Source: Ostrea edulis
Taxonomy: Eukaryota
NCBI RefSeq assembly: GCF_947568905.1
Contig: NC_079170.1
Location: 27,094,001-27,158,000, forward strand
Direction: 5' to 3'
Length of the DNA stretch: 64,000 nucleotides
The notes beneath the pieces were generated by a model. The model was not told where the DNA came from. It worked only from the letters and a program-made list of their open reading frames with translations, and did not search any database. Below are positions 61,691-64,000 of the stretch, one piece after another; the stretch's first letter is position 1; every line of letters begins with the position of its first letter. A program made the translations under genes and the position numbers.

Positions 61691-63504
61691 ATCTCCTGGG
61701 AACCCCTAAAGCTGCTTTTGAGGACTTGCTGACATATGTAAACCTGTAGAATATGGAAATTTGTGCTAGATAAAAGCTTTATAACCTTTCTACCAGTGAT
61801 GTATTTGTTGACAATAAAAAGGGTATTTGATTTTAGCAGAATACTTACTTATTATAAACTACTAGTATTATCATTATGATACTTAACTGGCAAATAACAA
61901 ACAACAAACATGATTTGTAAATGTTATTTCCTGTATAGATTTACATGATACTTCTATTTTGGGAACATTATGAAAATAGGCCAATTTAGATTATTTCTCA
62001 TTCTGTGGCATTTACAAGCATGTATACATTACATGTAAATGCAATATAATCCAAACAGTTTAAAACTGCAGTGCCTTAGGATATATTCTATTTCAAATCT
62101 GTATCTAGATGTAATTCTATTAAAATCTATATTAATGCCTGAAAGATTTTTAGATCACAGCTCATGAATTACGTTCTGTCAGTCAATAATGTATAGCACA
62201 AACATTTAAAATTGTTGGTTAAAAGACCTCAGTATCTTTACATGATTAATACGTATAGGAATATACAATTATTGATCAAGATAAATACAGTAAAATTTAT
62301 ACAGTATCATTTCTCAAATCGTATTTTCAGAGTCATTAATATACTGACTCTGATCCCCTATATCGGTGTTGTGTTGTTATTATTCACGCCATGAAATCTA
62401 CATGTACATGTAACAAAAAAGATCATTTGATACTTACTATTAGGTGTCTACAGTAAGTTTCCTTTAATCAGGTTTCACAGCAAATGCTCGTTGAACGTGT
62501 AATTCCGAGTAAATTCGAATTGAACATGTTTTGACGAGACGCGGTGTCAACTTATTTCGTTACCATTGATATCGATACTCGGTCGTTTTAATAATAATAA
62601 AAAAAAAATTGGAATATGATATGAAACAGAATTGTTCCAATGATTCACTTCTTTCACCATGTAAATAGACTACATACTATATTTATTCTTCTTATTTCAG
62701 TATTTTAAAATTCAAGTAAAACTAATTTAAAAGTAAAGTTGAACAATCACGGCTTTGAACATCATTTCCCAAATATTTCTTATTTCTATTTCCCAAATTT
62801 GGTCAAAAATGCTTGTTATGATCATTGAATAAGCCATTCTAGCTATTTGAGTGCATATAGCTTGATATATTCAGAGATTTATAGGTTCATGTACATTGTA
62901 CATGGTCATTGGAGGTTTATTGTTGTGACGTGTATCCCGAAATGTAAATTTTTAAACATTAAATACCACAATATTCAACGTCATATTAACAAAAAAGTAT
63001 AGAATATATGGAAAAAAGAAAAACATTTCTAGAAAGCCTATATCCCGAAGATTATTATCTTCGGAAATTATCAATATCCCAGGCTAGGCCATTTTTCATG
63101 GTTCGTGGGTCATGTTCTTTAGAATAAGTGCTCACAATCTCAGATTTGAGAGTGGGAGGTCTGAAAAAATAACTAACACTGAAAGTGAAAAAAAGTTATA
63201 CTTGAGCGAAACAAAGTAATTTGCAATACGCATGACACGAATTGTGTGGGAGATGAGATACAATCACTTATTGGTTGTCCTTTATATACAAATGAAAGGC
63301 AGACCTTTTTCATATTTCTAAATGTAATACAAACTTTTTAGATTTCTTAAGTAAAGAAAAATTTCTGTGGTTTATGTCAAATGACGATAACATGTTAACC
63401 AAGCTGGGGAATTTTTAATCAGCATTTTGAAATGAGAAACAATAATATACATGTAAGAGGTAAAACTTACGGAAGCGTATTGCTGCCAATTGATATAGTT
63501 TTTT

Positions 63505-63925
63505 GCTATGTCTTACGTACGAGATACTAAGGCATACTTACGAGGTAATATGTCGAACGTACGAGATAATAAGTCGTTATAACGAGATAAGAAGTTGTAA
63601 TTTCGAGATAATAAGTCGTACGAACAAAATAACAAGTCATAATAACGACATACTAACTCGTACGGAGGAGAAACACTTAGTTGTACGAACGACATAATAA
63701 GTCGTTATAGCAAGATACTAAGTTCTAATAACACTATAACATCTCGTAATAACGAGATACTTAATCATACAAACGAGATAATAAATCGTAAGGACGAGAT
63801 AATAAGTCGTATGTACGACATAATAAGTCGTAGTAACGATATGATAAATCGTTATAACGAGATAACAAGTCATACAAACGACATACACTAAGTCGTACGT
63901 ACGAGATAATAAGTGGTTTGAACGA
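63505..63925 (+). repeat. Degenerate 21-bp tandem array (ACGAGATAATAAGTCGT core)
   Basis: Direct read; gives 7-aa periodic pseudo-ORFs on both strands. Confidence 0.85.
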
Positions 63926-64000
63926 TATAATAATCTGTAGGATGTGCAATAGATTTTTAGCCACGCAGATGCCCTTTAACTTATAGACCTCGTAAAGGTA

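Noticed and set aside
63503-63964. Overlapping 7-aa periodic ORFs on both strands
   Set aside because: Artefact of the 21-bp array

Overview
AT-rich, repeat-dense eukaryotic DNA. The repeat families and genes point to a bivalve, most likely an oyster (inference from recognised repeats, no database search). The core is a minus-strand tandem cluster of secreted globular-head C1q-domain (C1qDC) genes. Two are intact: each has a 52-nt signal-peptide exon (missed by the ORF track) spliced in phase 1 to a 401-nt C1q exon, giving 150 aa. Four are decayed copies. A signal-peptide plus coiled-coil first exon of another gene lies at 6.5-7.3 kb. About 16.9-27.0 kb is duplicated at about 40.5-52.4 kb. 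The second copy carries a 5.9-kb L1/Tx1-type LINE with a 13-bp TSD, into which a 3.8-kb tyrosine-recombinase retrotransposon (Ngaro/DIRS type, with SGNH hydrolase) has inserted. About 20 fragments of a Penelope-like (probably Naiad) element, SINEs, MITEs, Helentron-like pieces and minisatellites fill the rest. The most striking unannotated signal is RNA-level. Six type I hammerhead ribozyme motifs (five with intact cores) lie in four insertions of a ~352-nt tandem unit, a retrozyme-like element predicted to yield circular RNA. All four insertions end exactly 36 nt past the cleavage site. A second family of minimal Penelope-type hammerheads sits in (TA)n tracts, and there is a remnant of a TRIM with a tRNA-containing LTR. 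All family names are from pattern recognition and need database confirmation.
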